Assembly (NCBI GenBank): GCA_016462645.1
Contig: JAEMSX010000007.1
Span: 19,350-83,349, forward strand
From: Thermoleophilaceae bacterium
GTDB lineage: Bacteria > Actinomycetota > Thermoleophilia > Solirubrobacterales > JACPNS01
DNA length: 64,000 nucleotides
Reading direction: 5' to 3'
Part shown: one piece after another, positions 17,920 through 32,824 of the stretch
Layout of the letters: every line of letters begins with the position of its first letter
Position numbering within the stretch: the first letter of the stretch is position 1
Position numbers and translations under genes: made by a program
The notes under the pieces: generated by a model
Databases searched by the model: none
The model's input: the letters and a program-made list of their open reading frames with translations, nothing else
Told to the model about the DNA's origin: nothing

Positions 17920-19020
17920 TTGCGACTGAACGTTGATCGAGCGATCTTCGTCGAGTCGCTTGGTGCGGTAGGCCGCGCGGTCTCCACCCGGTCGATCATT
18001 CCGGCGCTCTCCGGGATTCAGCTCCAGGCCGAAACCGGTTCGCTCACTCTGACCGCGACCGACGGCGACATCTCGATCCGTTCGAAGATCCCGGCCGAGG
18101 TCGAGTCGGGCGGCGTCATCGTCGTCCCCGGTCGGCTGCTCGCTGACGTCGCGCGCCAACTTCCCGCCGGCGACGTATCGCTGGTCGTCGGCGACGGCGG
18201 TCTGCTTGCGCTCGACTGCGGCAGTGCCTCCTTCAAACTGCGCCTGCTCGCCGCTGATGACTTCCCTGACGTCCAGCCGATCGAGGGCGCGACCGTGACG
18301 CTGCCCGTCGGCGAGTTCTCGGAGACCATCGAGCAGGTGGCCCGCTCCGCATCGCGCGATGAGACGCGTCCGCACCTCACCGGCATCCTGCTTTCGATCG
18401 AGGAGGACAAGCTCCGCTCGGTCGCGACTGACTCCTATCGCCTGGCCGTGCGCACCACCAAGATCGCCCCGCCGGTGACGCAGAAGATCGAGGCCAACGT
18501 CCCCGCGCGCGCCCTGCAGGAGGCCACGCGCATCGCCGACGGTCACGACACGATCGAGATCACGCTGGCCGAGCGCCAGATCGCATTCTCCGCCGGCGAC
18601 ACGTTGCTTGTCTCGCGACTGATCGATGGTCAGTTCCCCGACTTCGAGCAGCTTCTGCCCGACAGCTATGAACACGTGCTCGACATCGACGTCTCAGAAC
18701 TGCACGATGCGGTCAAGCGCGTCAGCCTGCTCGCGCAGCGCAACACCCCGCTGAAGGTTGCGCTGTCTGAGGGTGAACTTGAGGTTTCTGCTCAGACCAC
18801 AGACATCGGTGAAGGTCGCGAGACTCTGCCCGCACCAGACTTCTCCGGCGATCCCCTGGAGATCGGCTTCAACCCTGATTTCCTGCGCGACGGTCTCGAC
18901 AGCGCGCACACCGAACGCGCCAAGTTCAAGCTGATCAGCGCGTTCCGGCCAGGCCTGATCGTCGCCGGCGAGGACGAGGAGTTCATGTACCTCGTCATGC
19001 CGATTCGCCTGAACACCTGA
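17920..19020 (+). CDS. dnaN: DNA polymerase III beta clamp
   Basis: LTATD, DETRPHLTG, ATDSYRL, SRLIDGQFPD, IGFNPDFL, YLVMPIRL. Start re-picked to TTG (MRLNVDR) with GAAGG upstream. Confidence 0.95.
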   Translation: MRLNVDRAIFVESLGAVGRAVSTRSIIPALSGIQLQAETGSLTLTATDGDISIRSKIPAEVESGGVIVVPGRLLADVARQLPAGDVSLVVGDGGLLALDCGSASFKLRLLAADDFPDVQPIEGATVTLPVGEFSETIEQVARSASRDETRPHLTGILLSIEEDKLRSVATDSYRLAVRTTKIAPPVTQKIEANVPARALQEATRIADGHDTIEITLAERQIAFSAGDTLLVSRLIDGQFPDFEQLLPDSYEHVLDIDVSELHDAVKRVSLLAQRNTPLKVALSEGELEVSAQTTDIGEGRETLPAPDFSGDPLEIGFNPDFLRDGLDSAHTERAKFKLISAFRPGLIVAGEDEEFMYLVMPIRLNT

Positions 19021-19045
19021 GTCGCAGAAAGCATTCGTTTGCGGC

Positions 19046-20131
19046 GTGATTGTTCAGTCGCTCAGCGCCAGGAACTTTCGCAGCTACGAGCGCGCTCAGG
19101 TCGAGCTGGGCGAACGCGTGACCGTCGTGACCGGCGACAACGGCGCCGGCAAGACCAACCTGCTTGAAGCGCTCTTCTTCGGGTGTGTCGGTCGCTCGTG
19201 CCGCACGCGCATCGACGCCCAGGCGGTGCGCTTCGATCAACCCGTCGCTCGAGTTGAGGTTGAGGGATACGAGTCATCCGACCGGCATTCGATCGCGGTT
19301 GCGCTCGATCGAAAAGAGGGCAAGACCTACTTCGCCGACGGCGCCAGAGTTGAATCACTCGAACCGTTCGAATGGCGACCGCCCACGGCGGTGTTCATGC
19401 CGGACCGCCTGGAGCTGATCAAAGGAGCACCAGGCGTTCGCCGGGGACACCTCGACCAGTTGATCGCCGCCCTGTGGCCCGCGCGACGCGCGAATCGCCG
19501 GTCATACGCGGAAGCGCTCGCACAACGCAACGCGCTGCTGTCCCGCGGCAGCGGTGGCGACCAGCTCGACGTCTGGGACCGCGAGCTGGCGCGTCACGGG
19601 CGCGCACTGATCGCCGATCGTCAGGAAGGCGTTGCCGCGATCGAGCAGCGCTTCGCGGCGATCGGCCTGGAGCTCGGGCTTGAACCGGCACCCACACTTC
19701 GCTACCGCACGATCGCCGACGTCGATCCCGAGGACGAAGACGCGTACGTCACCGCGCTCGCCGATCGTCGCGAGTCGGACCGCCAGCGCGGCTTCACGAC
19801 CTTCGGTCCGCATCGCGATGAACTCGTGATCAAGCATCAGGCTCGCGAGGTGCGAACGTACGGATCACAGGGCCAGCAGCGCATCTCGCTTCTCGCGCTG
19901 CTGCTCGCCGAGTGCGAGGCGATCGCCGAGGTGACCGACCGCGGCCCGTTGATCCTGCTCGACGACGTGATGAGCGAACTCGATGCGACGCGCCGCCATC
20001 TGCTGGTCGAACGCGTCGCCGGCATCGGTCAGGTCTTGATCACGACCACGGAGATCGAGCACGTTCCGAGCGAGGCCCCGATCGACGCCGTGCTCGCGGT
20101 CGCCGATGGACAGGTCGCACCGGCGACGTGA
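19046..20131 (+). CDS. recF: DNA replication/repair protein RecF
   Basis: NFRSY, GDNGAGKTN, GPHRDEL, GSQGQQR, LLDDVMSELD. Confidence 0.96.
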   Translation: MIVQSLSARNFRSYERAQVELGERVTVVTGDNGAGKTNLLEALFFGCVGRSCRTRIDAQAVRFDQPVARVEVEGYESSDRHSIAVALDRKEGKTYFADGARVESLEPFEWRPPTAVFMPDRLELIKGAPGVRRGHLDQLIAALWPARRANRRSYAEALAQRNALLSRGSGGDQLDVWDRELARHGRALIADRQEGVAAIEQRFAAIGLELGLEPAPTLRYRTIADVDPEDEDAYVTALADRRESDRQRGFTTFGPHRDELVIKHQAREVRTYGSQGQQRISLLALLLAECEAIAEVTDRGPLILLDDVMSELDATRRHLLVERVAGIGQVLITTTEIEHVPSEAPIDAVLAVADGQVAPAT

Positions 20132-20147
20132 TTGGCTACTCACACCG

Positions 20148-20441
20148 ATGACCCGTCGCCGCGACCTTTCACCACTCTCAGGCGCCCTCGCCGAAATCAC
20201 CGCCGGAATGCAGCCGGCCACGGGAATCGCGCGAGTGCAGACCGCGTGGCCCGAGGCCGTCGGTCCCACGGTCGCAAAATGGGCTGTGCCGGTGTCCGAA
20301 AGGGCCGGCGTCGTGACCTTCGCCTGCACCGATTCGATGGTCGCTCACGAGCTTGAAATGATGAAGCCGGACCTGCTCAAAAAGCTCGAAAAAGTGCTCG
20401 ACGGCGGGGCACCGACCGAGCTTAAGTTCGTGATCCGGTGA
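20148..20441 (+). CDS. DciA/DUF721 helicase-loading family protein
   Basis: W...VG..VA motif (WPEAVGPTVAKWAVP), AHELEM; position between recF and gyrB. Confidence 0.8.
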   Translation: MTRRRDLSPLSGALAEITAGMQPATGIARVQTAWPEAVGPTVAKWAVPVSERAGVVTFACTDSMVAHELEMMKPDLLKKLEKVLDGGAPTELKFVIR

Positions 20442-20527
20442 ATTACTTCACATAACCGTCAAAAACCGCATAACCATGCGGGTTTGCGAGTGGCCGGAAT
20501 GCCAATTTCGTCCGCCCTGAATGCTAG

Positions 20528-25712
<5,185 letters not shown>

Positions 25713-25883
25713 ACCGATCGGCGGAGACGATCGGACCGAACAGGACAACCAGTATTGGGTCCGATCGCGGGATCGTGCGTCGGGGTCAGATCTCGATACA
25801 TAAGCATCGACGGTAAGCCTTCTCCTTGAGGGTCTCCGCCACTCAGTTGGAATCGGGTGTCTGCCCCTTGCTCCAGCTCATAG

Positions 25884-25938
25884 TTCCGCCAGATACCGAG
25901 AGCAAGGACGCAACCGGGATCTGGCGGAATTTTTTTTT
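25884..25938 (+). terminator. Intrinsic terminator-like hairpin
   Basis: TTCCGCCAGAT (25884-94) pairs with ATCTGGCGGAA (25919-29) and is followed by T9; sits between convergent gyrA and the LuxR gene. Confidence 0.7.
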
Positions 25939-25948
25939 GCCGCGACGC

Positions 25949-26587
25949 TCAGTCGATCCAGCCGTGGCGAATCCCTTCAGCGACCGCCGCCGCGCGCTCC
26001 GAGACGCCGATCTTGTCGTAGATCCGGGTGAGGTGCGTCTTGATCGTGCTCTCAGCGAGGTTCAACTCCTTGGCGATCTCGCCGGCTGAGTGACCCATCG
26101 CCACCGACTGCAGGATCTCCAACTCGCGTGGGGTCAGCGGCGGCGCGGTATCGGTGCGTCGCGCGCGAATCGCTGAAGCGAGGCCTTGGTGCACCTCGGC
26201 CGGCAGCACCGTGCGGCCCTGGGCGACGGCCTCGACGGCATCGACGATCTCGCCCGCTCCGGCCGTCTTCAGTTCGAAGCCGGAAGCGCCCGCCTCGATC
26301 ATGGCGTAGACGACCTCGCTGTCGCACTCACCCGAGAGCACCAGCACGCGCGTCTCGGGATGCTCGGCCATGAGCGTTTCCAGAACCTTCGCGCCGGCCA
26401 GGTCCGGGAGACCGAGATCAAGCACGCAGACAGTCGGCGGGTTACGCCGCACGAACTCGATCGCTTCGCGTCCGAACTCGGTCTGGCCGACGACCAGCAT
26501 GCCCTCGCGCGCTGAAATCGCGCGCACGACGGCCTCGCGGAACATCGGGTGGTCATCCACTACCAGTACTGAAACGTTTCCATTCAT
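25949..26587 (-). CDS. NarL/LuxR-family response regulator
   Basis: VVDDHP, VLDLGLP, LTPRELEIL, TIKTHLTRIYDK. Confidence 0.93.
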   Translation of the reverse strand: MNGNVSVLVVDDHPMFREAVVRAISAREGMLVVGQTEFGREAIEFVRRNPPTVCVLDLGLPDLAGAKVLETLMAEHPETRVLVLSGECDSEVVYAMIEAGASGFELKTAGAGEIVDAVEAVAQGRTVLPAEVHQGLASAIRARRTDTAPPLTPRELEILQSVAMGHSAGEIAKELNLAESTIKTHLTRIYDKIGVSERAAAVAEGIRHGWID

Positions 26588-27654
26588 CGCATGATCTCTT
26601 CGTAGTTGTCCAAGAAAACTTTCACAAGCTCCGGATCGAACTGCGTGCCCGCGCCGTCAGCCAGCTCCTGGATAGCGGTTTCCGTCGGGAGCGCCTTCCG
26701 GTATGGCCTGTCGTTGGTCATCGCGCTGAGCACGTCGACGATCTGGACGATGCGTGCCGCCATCGGAATCTCCTCGCCGGCGAGTCCGCGTGGATAGCCG
26801 GTACCGTCCCAGCGCTCGTGGTGACACCGCGCGATCTCGGACCCGATCCTCAGCATCGGGTTGGGCGATCCGGAGAGCATGTGGTGTCCGATCTCTGCGT
26901 GCTCCATCATCACCGTCCGCTCATCAGTTGAGAGCGGACCGGGCTTGAGCAGAATGTGGTCAGGGACGCCGATCTTGCCGACATCGTGCATCGCGCTCGC
27001 CCAGCCGAGCGTCTTCGCGTCGACGTCGCTGTAGCCGAGTTTGCGCGCGAAGCGTTCGACGACCTGGACCATGCCGTCGATATGCGCCGCGGTGACGTGA
27101 TCGCGTGCCTCGACAGCGAGGCAGAGACGGCGCAGGGTCTCAACCCGCTCGGCTTCGAGATCGCTGAGCGCGGAGGACAGATCGGAAGTCTTGTTCATCA
27201 GCTGGGATTCGAGACGCCCGGTGTAATCGCGACGCGCGATCTCGAGCGCGCGCCGACGCAATGCATTCTCCACGTTGATGATCAGCTCCACGCGGCGGTA
27301 AGGCTTCACGATGTACCCGTAGGCGCCAAACTCAAGCGCGGTCTCGGCGGTCTGCACGTCGTTGGTTCCGGTCACCATGATCACGGCCGCGTCTGGCTGC
27401 AGCGCGGGAATCTCGCGCAGCAGGTCGAGCCCGGACTCGCCGGGCATCTCGAGATCGCAGATGATCAGATCGAAATCGGTTTCCTCCATCAGCTCGCGCG
27501 CAGCAGCGGCGTTCGCGGCAGTGGCACAGTCGTAGCGGTCGGCGAGCGAGCGCACCAGCAGATCGCGCTGCTGGGGCTCGTCATCGATCAGCAGCAACGA
27601 CCCTGCCGGAGCGCCGGCAGACTCATTCAGTGTTGCCACCTCCGTGCTGCTCAT
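26584..27654 (-). CDS. Response regulator with HD-GYP phosphodiesterase domain (RpfG-like)
   Basis: REC (IDDE, CDLEMPG, KP), HDVGKIG, HHERWDGTGYP, RPYRK, GTQFDP. Confidence 0.92.
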   Translation of the reverse strand: MSSTEVATLNESAGAPAGSLLLIDDEPQQRDLLVRSLADRYDCATAANAAAARELMEETDFDLIICDLEMPGESGLDLLREIPALQPDAAVIMVTGTNDVQTAETALEFGAYGYIVKPYRRVELIINVENALRRRALEIARRDYTGRLESQLMNKTSDLSSALSDLEAERVETLRRLCLAVEARDHVTAAHIDGMVQVVERFARKLGYSDVDAKTLGWASAMHDVGKIGVPDHILLKPGPLSTDERTVMMEHAEIGHHMLSGSPNPMLRIGSEIARCHHERWDGTGYPRGLAGEEIPMAARIVQIVDVLSAMTNDRPYRKALPTETAIQELADGAGTQFDPELVKVFLDNYEEIMR

Positions 27655-29243
27655 GCAACCCCTTTGCGGATCGACTTGCCCACCTCGCTGAGCAGGTCGT
27701 TCACAGTGAAGGGCTTCTCGATCAGATTGGTCTCGGGGTGAATCGCATCCACCTTGTCGAGGATCAGCTCGCTGTAGCCCGACATGAAGAGTGTCGGCAT
27801 TTCCGGTCGCACGCGGGCTGCGTGCCGCGCGAGTTCCGTGCCCTGCATGTCCGGCATCACCACGTCGGTCAGGAGCAGCGCGAATTCGTCGCCGGAGTGT
27901 TCAAGTGCCCTGAGCGCGTCGGCCGCGCGGGCAAAGTGGGTCACCTCGTAGCCGTTGTTCTCGAGCACGCGCATGACCATCTGTCGCACCGCGTCCTCGT
28001 CCTCTACCAGAAGCACATGCTCGCCGGAACCCTGCGCATGCAGGCGATGCTTGTCGCGATCCCCCGTCACGATGTTCTGATCGGACGCGGGCAGGTGGAT
28101 TTTTATCGACGTCCCCCTGCCCGGCTCGCTGTAGACGAAGATGTTTCCGCCGAGGTTCTTGACGATGCCGTACACGGTGGCCAGGCCGAGGCCCGTCCCG
28201 ACGGGCTTGGGCTTGGTCGTGAAGTAAGGCTCAAAGACGCGGGCGACCGTTTCGGCATCCATCCCGGCACCGCTGTCCGAGATCGTCAACCGGACGTAGC
28301 GCCCGACCGCCGGCGAGTCGGGATGTGAACTCGCGTACTCCTCGTCGAGTTCGACGTTTGACGTCTCGATCTCAAGCCGTCCGCTCTCGGGCATCGCATC
28401 GCGCGCATTCACGGCGAGGTTCACCGTCACCTGCTCAATCTGGCCGGGGTCCGCGACCACAGTCCAGAGAGCGGGCTCGAACTTCGTGATCAGTTCGATG
28501 TTCTCGCCGAGTACCCGGCGCAGCAGTTTCTCCAGACCCGTCAGTGCGTCGTTCAGCTGGATCGGCTGCAGCTTCACGGCTTCGCGACGACTGAATACGA
28601 GCAACTGACGCGTCAGTGCGGCGGCACGGGTCGCCGCCTCCTGGATCTGTTCAACGTCCTCGCGAACCTCCGGTCGGTCGGAGAGTTCGGCGATCGCGAA
28701 ATCCGCATAGTTGATGATCACGCCGAGGAGATTGTTGAAATCGTGAGCGATCCCGCCCGCAAGCTGACCGATGCTCTCGAGTCGCTGGGACTGGTTGAGT
28801 TCGAGCTGCGATTCGAATCGATTGCGTTCCTTCTCGAAACGGACGCGGTCCGTGATGTCCCGGATCGCGGCGAGCGCCAACGGTTGCTCCTCGGTCCCGA
28901 CGACCGACAGTGCGATCTCGGCCGGGAACTCACTGCCGTCGGCGCGCAACGCGAACAGATTCAGTTCGGCGCCCACCGGTCGTCGTCTGGGCTTGCTGAA
29001 GAAGTCCTTGCGATGCGCACCGTGCTCGTCGCGGAAGCGCTCAGGAACGAGGAGGTCGACGTTGAGTCCGATCATTTCCTTGCGCTCATAGCCGAAGACG
29101 GAGGTTGCCTCGTCGTTCACGAACACGATCTGTCCGCGACCGTCCACGGCGATCGTCGCGTCGGGAATCAGCTCAAGGAACTCGTTGAAATGCGCAGTGG
29201 TATTCAAGAATGGAATCAAGGTCGAAGTCGCCGACCCGATCAT
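27651..29243 (-). CDS. Cytoplasmic PAS-domain hybrid histidine kinase
   Basis: PAS domain, GIAHDFNNLL H-box, NLAVNARDAM, DSGAGM, GTGLGL, C-terminal REC. Confidence 0.93.
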   Translation of the reverse strand: MIGSATSTLIPFLNTTAHFNEFLELIPDATIAVDGRGQIVFVNDEATSVFGYERKEMIGLNVDLLVPERFRDEHGAHRKDFFSKPRRRPVGAELNLFALRADGSEFPAEIALSVVGTEEQPLALAAIRDITDRVRFEKERNRFESQLELNQSQRLESIGQLAGGIAHDFNNLLGVIINYADFAIAELSDRPEVREDVEQIQEAATRAAALTRQLLVFSRREAVKLQPIQLNDALTGLEKLLRRVLGENIELITKFEPALWTVVADPGQIEQVTVNLAVNARDAMPESGRLEIETSNVELDEEYASSHPDSPAVGRYVRLTISDSGAGMDAETVARVFEPYFTTKPKPVGTGLGLATVYGIVKNLGGNIFVYSEPGRGTSIKIHLPASDQNIVTGDRDKHRLHAQGSGEHVLLVEDEDAVRQMVMRVLENNGYEVTHFARAADALRALEHSGDEFALLLTDVVMPDMQGTELARHAARVRPEMPTLFMSGYSELILDKVDAIHPETNLIEKPFTVNDLLSEVGKSIRKGVA

Positions 29244-29344
29244 GTGCGCCCCGCCTTCGTGGACAAGACCGACTCATCCCACGTTACTGGAAAGTGGCTA
29301 TCCAGGGTCCGCATGGTGTAACCCGGGGCAATCCTCCGATACGG

Positions 29345-30445
29345 CTACTCAAACTCGACGGTGTGCACGCCGGCGTCGGGTTCGAGAAACTCAAGCAGTC
29401 GCTCGGCCTCGGCGGCGAGCTCGTCGAGGGTCGACCGCGGTTCGTCGTGGAACGGAGTCACGACGACTCGCGCCGACTGCTTGTCACGCTCGAGCCGCCA
29501 GGACGCGCGAACGCGTCCATCGATCAGCACCGTGAACGCGCGACGACCGTTCCTGCTCAGGTTGAAGCGCTTTGCGTCGTCGGCGTCAACGATGCGCGCG
29601 CGGTCGGCATGGGAAAGCGCGACGTTGTCGAACTCGCCGAGAAAGCGGACCGGCGCCGGAGTGTCGGCGCGCGGACGCGGCGCGTCGGGCAGGTCGAACA
29701 GCTCGCGGCCGGACTCATCGCGAAAGACCTTCAGCTGCGGCCACAGCGGCTCGATGGCTTCACGGACGCCCGGCATTCCGGACCACGTGCGCAGGTCCGA
29801 GGTGCTCGCCGGCCCGATGGCCGCGAGGCCGCGCAGCATCAGCTCGGATGCTGCGGACCGCTCAAGCGTGTCGCCGAGCCAGCGCTCGGCCAGCATCAGC
29901 TGCGGTGGACGCGAGTAGTGCCAGCGCGCGCCGGCCGGGGTCATCACCACCGGCACGTGGATGCGCGCGCAGTTGACGAGGCCGTCGAGATTCAACGCGG
30001 GGAACTGTTCGTGCAGCTCCTTGCCGATCTCCCGGCCGGTGCGCGGCACGTCGTCTGAGAGCAGTTCCTCGACAGCGCGACGAACGGTGGGAATGTCGAG
30101 ACCGACATAGTTGGCCCGCCAGTTGGCGGCGTCGCGTTCGATCACCGGGCTCAGCGTCAGCCGGAAGCGGCGAAAGTCCTCGGCGGTGACGGTGTGGAGC
30201 GTGCAGCGCATGTACGAGCCGCGCACGATCTCCCGGCGTTCGGCCGCCTGGCGCAGCTTGTCGGGATCGAAGTTCGCGATCCGCGACCAGAGCGCGATGA
30301 AGGCGTCGCGCGGCTCCTGGGTCTGGAGTCCGCCGACCTGCTCGATCATCTTCACGACCGAGACGCGTTTGCGCGCGAGCAGCCCCTGGCGCGCGAGCAG
30401 GGCGCGGTTGAGCTCACGGGTGGTCAGCGTGCGCTGGCGTGCCAC
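29345..30445 (-). CDS. HTH_42 / AlkZ-like DNA glycosylase family protein
   Basis: LNRALLARQGLL, GLQTQ (QxQ motif), MRCTLH, DLRTWSG, FLGEFDN. Confidence 0.85.
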   Translation of the reverse strand: MARQRTLTTRELNRALLARQGLLARKRVSVVKMIEQVGGLQTQEPRDAFIALWSRIANFDPDKLRQAAERREIVRGSYMRCTLHTVTAEDFRRFRLTLSPVIERDAANWRANYVGLDIPTVRRAVEELLSDDVPRTGREIGKELHEQFPALNLDGLVNCARIHVPVVMTPAGARWHYSRPPQLMLAERWLGDTLERSAASELMLRGLAAIGPASTSDLRTWSGMPGVREAIEPLWPQLKVFRDESGRELFDLPDAPRPRADTPAPVRFLGEFDNVALSHADRARIVDADDAKRFNLSRNGRRAFTVLIDGRVRASWRLERDKQSARVVVTPFHDEPRSTLDELAAEAERLLEFLEPDAGVHTVEFE

Positions 30446-30466
30446 CCGTGAGCCTCCGCAGGCTTC

Positions 30467-31069
30467 CTACTTGGCGGCTGCGTAGCGCTCCGCGACGACG
30501 TCCCAGTTGACGACGTCCCACCATGCCTTGAGATACGCCGGGCGGGCGTTCTTGTAGGTCAGGTAGTAGGCGTGCTCCCAGACGTCGTTGCCGAGCAGCG
30601 GGGTCTTGCCGTCGGTCAGCGGGGAGTCCTGGTTCGCGGTGCTGACGATCGCCAGCTCGCCGCCGTCCACGACCAGCCAGGCCCAGCCGGAGCCGAACTG
30701 TCCGACGCCTGCCGCCTCGAACTTCTCCTTGAACTCATCGACCGAGCCGAACTTCGCGGCGATCGCGTCGGCGAGCTCGCCGGAGAGCTCGCTGCCGCCC
30801 GGAGTCATCGACTCCCAGAAGAGCGAGTGGTTGTAGTGGCCACCGCCGTTGTTGCGCACCGGCCCCTTGATGTCGTCGGGAAGGCTCGACAGGTTCGTGA
30901 TCACTTCCTCGATCGGCTTGTCGGCCCACTCGGTGCCTTCGAGGGCAGCGTTGGCCTTGTCCACGTAAGCCTGGTGGTGCTTGTCGTGGTGCAGGTGCAT
31001 CGTCTCTTCGTCGATCGTCGGAGCGAGCGAGTCGTAGGGGTATGGGAGAGCAGGTACTTCGTAGGCCAT
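30467..31069 (-). CDS. sodA: Superoxide dismutase, probably Mn-type
   Basis: [38 protein letters not shown]. Confidence 0.95.
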   Translation of the reverse strand: MAYEVPALPYPYDSLAPTIDEETMHLHHDKHHQAYVDKANAALEGTEWADKPIEEVITNLSSLPDDIKGPVRNNGGGHYNHSLFWESMTPGGSELSGELADAIAAKFGSVDEFKEKFEAAGVGQFGSGWAWLVVDGGELAIVSTANQDSPLTDGKTPLLGNDVWEHAYYLTYKNARPAYLKAWWDVVNWDVVAERYAAAK

Positions 31070-31141
31070 GTGACAGTCCTCAATTGATGGTGGATTCCAA
31101 AGCTGTGGGCGGAATCCTAACGCCGGGACTTCAGATCGGAA

Positions 31142-31876
31142 TCAGGCGGCGTCGGCGTCGGCGACGTCGGTCACGACGCCGGCGGTCGCGGGCACATACG
31201 GCAACCACTGCGAGGGAATCGTCGGACTTGCGACGTGGATGAAGATCGTCGGGTGCGGTGCGATCGGGCGCGTGCTCAGCTTCATGCCCGATTGCGCGAC
31301 GCTGCGGTCGCCCTTGCGGCGATTGCAGGTGGCGCAGCAGGCCACGACGTTCTCCCACGAAGTGTCCCCGCCCTTCGAGCGCGGGATCACGTGGTCCATG
31401 GTGAGCGAGCCGCGACGACCGCAGTACTGGCACGCCCAGCCGTCGCGCGCGAACACGGCCCGACGGGTGATCTTGCGGCGGAACGACTGGTACGGGATGC
31501 GCACGTAGGTGCGCAGACGGATCACGGCCGGACGAGTCATCGACATGCGCTCGGCGTGGACCTCGAGGTCATGTTCGTCGATCACCTCGGCCTTCTGCTT
31601 GAGGATCAGAACGATCGCGCGGCGTACGGTGCAGACGTTGATCGGCTCGTACGACGCGTTCAGGACGAGCACGCGACCGCTGAGCGCAGAGCCTTCGCGC
31701 CGGACATGCAGCGAGGGCGTCGGGCCGGAAAGGGAGGAAAAACGGGCGCCTGCGGGCGTTTGCGGCGCAAGGGTTCCTACTGCCGGAGAATCGTCGACCT
31801 CCGATCGGATGAGCCCGGGTACATCGCCGGGCTCTGAGCAGTCGCTGCTCAAGCTCGTCGCCGCCTTGCTGGCCAT
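31142..31876 (-). CDS. HNH endonuclease (McrA-like); start uncertain (ATG 31876 or GTG 31672)
   Basis: VLVLNASYEP, RDGWACQYCG, TMDHVIPRSKGG, WENVVACCATCNRRKG. Confidence 0.88.
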   Translation of the reverse strand: MASKAATSLSSDCSEPGDVPGLIRSEVDDSPAVGTLAPQTPAGARFSSLSGPTPSLHVRREGSALSGRVLVLNASYEPINVCTVRRAIVLILKQKAEVIDEHDLEVHAERMSMTRPAVIRLRTYVRIPYQSFRRKITRRAVFARDGWACQYCGRRGSLTMDHVIPRSKGGDTSWENVVACCATCNRRKGDRSVAQSGMKLSTRPIAPHPTIFIHVASPTIPSQWLPYVPATAGVVTDVADADAA

Positions 31877-31939
31877 CGGAACAATCGCAGTGTAGAGCCT
31901 GCTCCGGGCGGTTCCCACCGCTCCGACGTGAGCCGGCGG

Positions 31940-32824
31940 TCAGCTCTCGAATGCGTTGAAGGATCCGAGCACGCGCAGCGTGCGGACCTTCGCCGTCACG
32001 GCCTCCACCGATGCCGCGATTGCCGCGTCCTCGATCGAGCCGTCGAGGTCGACGAAGAAGAGGTAGTGACCGAGCTCGGTGCGCTCAGGGCGCGACTCGA
32101 TCTTGCTCATGTTCACGCCGCGGTCGGCGAACTCCGAGAGGATGCTGACCAGCCCGCCGGGAGAAGTGTCATTGAAGCCGGAGAAGACCAGCGAAGTTCT
32201 GGTGGCGGCCGCCATCGGGTTGCCGGCCCAGGGCGAGGTGAGCGGCGCCTTCGCCAGCCAGACGAAGCGCGTCTTGTTGCCCGCGACATCCTCGATCGCA
32301 GACTCGATCACGGTGCCGCCGTACATCTCCGCTGCGATCGCGGATCCGATCGCGGCGTTGCCGTCGCCGATCTCGACGGCGCTGCGCACTGCCTCGGCGG
32401 TTGAGACCTGCGCGAGCTTCGCCGCGTTCGGCAGGCGCTCGGCGATGAAGCCGGCGCACTGCGCGAGTGCCTGCGGGTGCGAGGCGACCACGTCGATCTC
32501 CACCAGGGGAATCTCGCGCGCGGCGATCAGGCAGTGGTGCACCGCCCATACGACCTCGCCGACGATCTGCACTCCAGGGGCGTCGTGCACCAGTGCGTCG
32601 AGCGTCTCGGTCACGGCGCCTTCAACCGAGTTCTCGATCGGCACGAAGCCGGCCTCGACGGTGCCGGCCTCCACTGCCAGCACGACATCGCGATTGGTGT
32701 CGAGCGCGACCAGTTCGACCGAGCCGGCACGCTCACCGAGCGCGGCGCGCAAGGCCTCTTCGCCATAGGTGCCCGGAGGACCGAGATGACCTATGCGACG
32801 CGGAGCAAGGGCCTCAGCGTTCAA
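31940..32824 (-). CDS. pheA: Prephenate dehydratase
   Basis: LGPPGTY, VPIENSVEG, SHPQALAQC, NKTRF, ACT domain NMSKIESRP; start uncertain. Confidence 0.93.
   Translation of the reverse strand: MNAEALAPRRIGHLGPPGTYGEEALRAALGERAGSVELVALDTNRDVVLAVEAGTVEAGFVPIENSVEGAVTETLDALVHDAPGVQIVGEVVWAVHHCLIAAREIPLVEIDVVASHPQALAQCAGFIAERLPNAAKLAQVSTAEAVRSAVEIGDGNAAIGSAIAAEMYGGTVIESAIEDVAGNKTRFVWLAKAPLTSPWAGNPMAAATRTSLVFSGFNDTSPGGLVSILSEFADRGVNMSKIESRPERTELGHYLFFVDLDGSIEDAAIAASVEAVTAKVRTLRVLGSFNAFES

Noticed and set aside
31142-31876. HNH nuclease as part of a defence, CRISPR or IscB system
   Set aside because: A stand-alone McrA-like family common in actinobacteria; no RuvC, methylase, cas genes or array nearby
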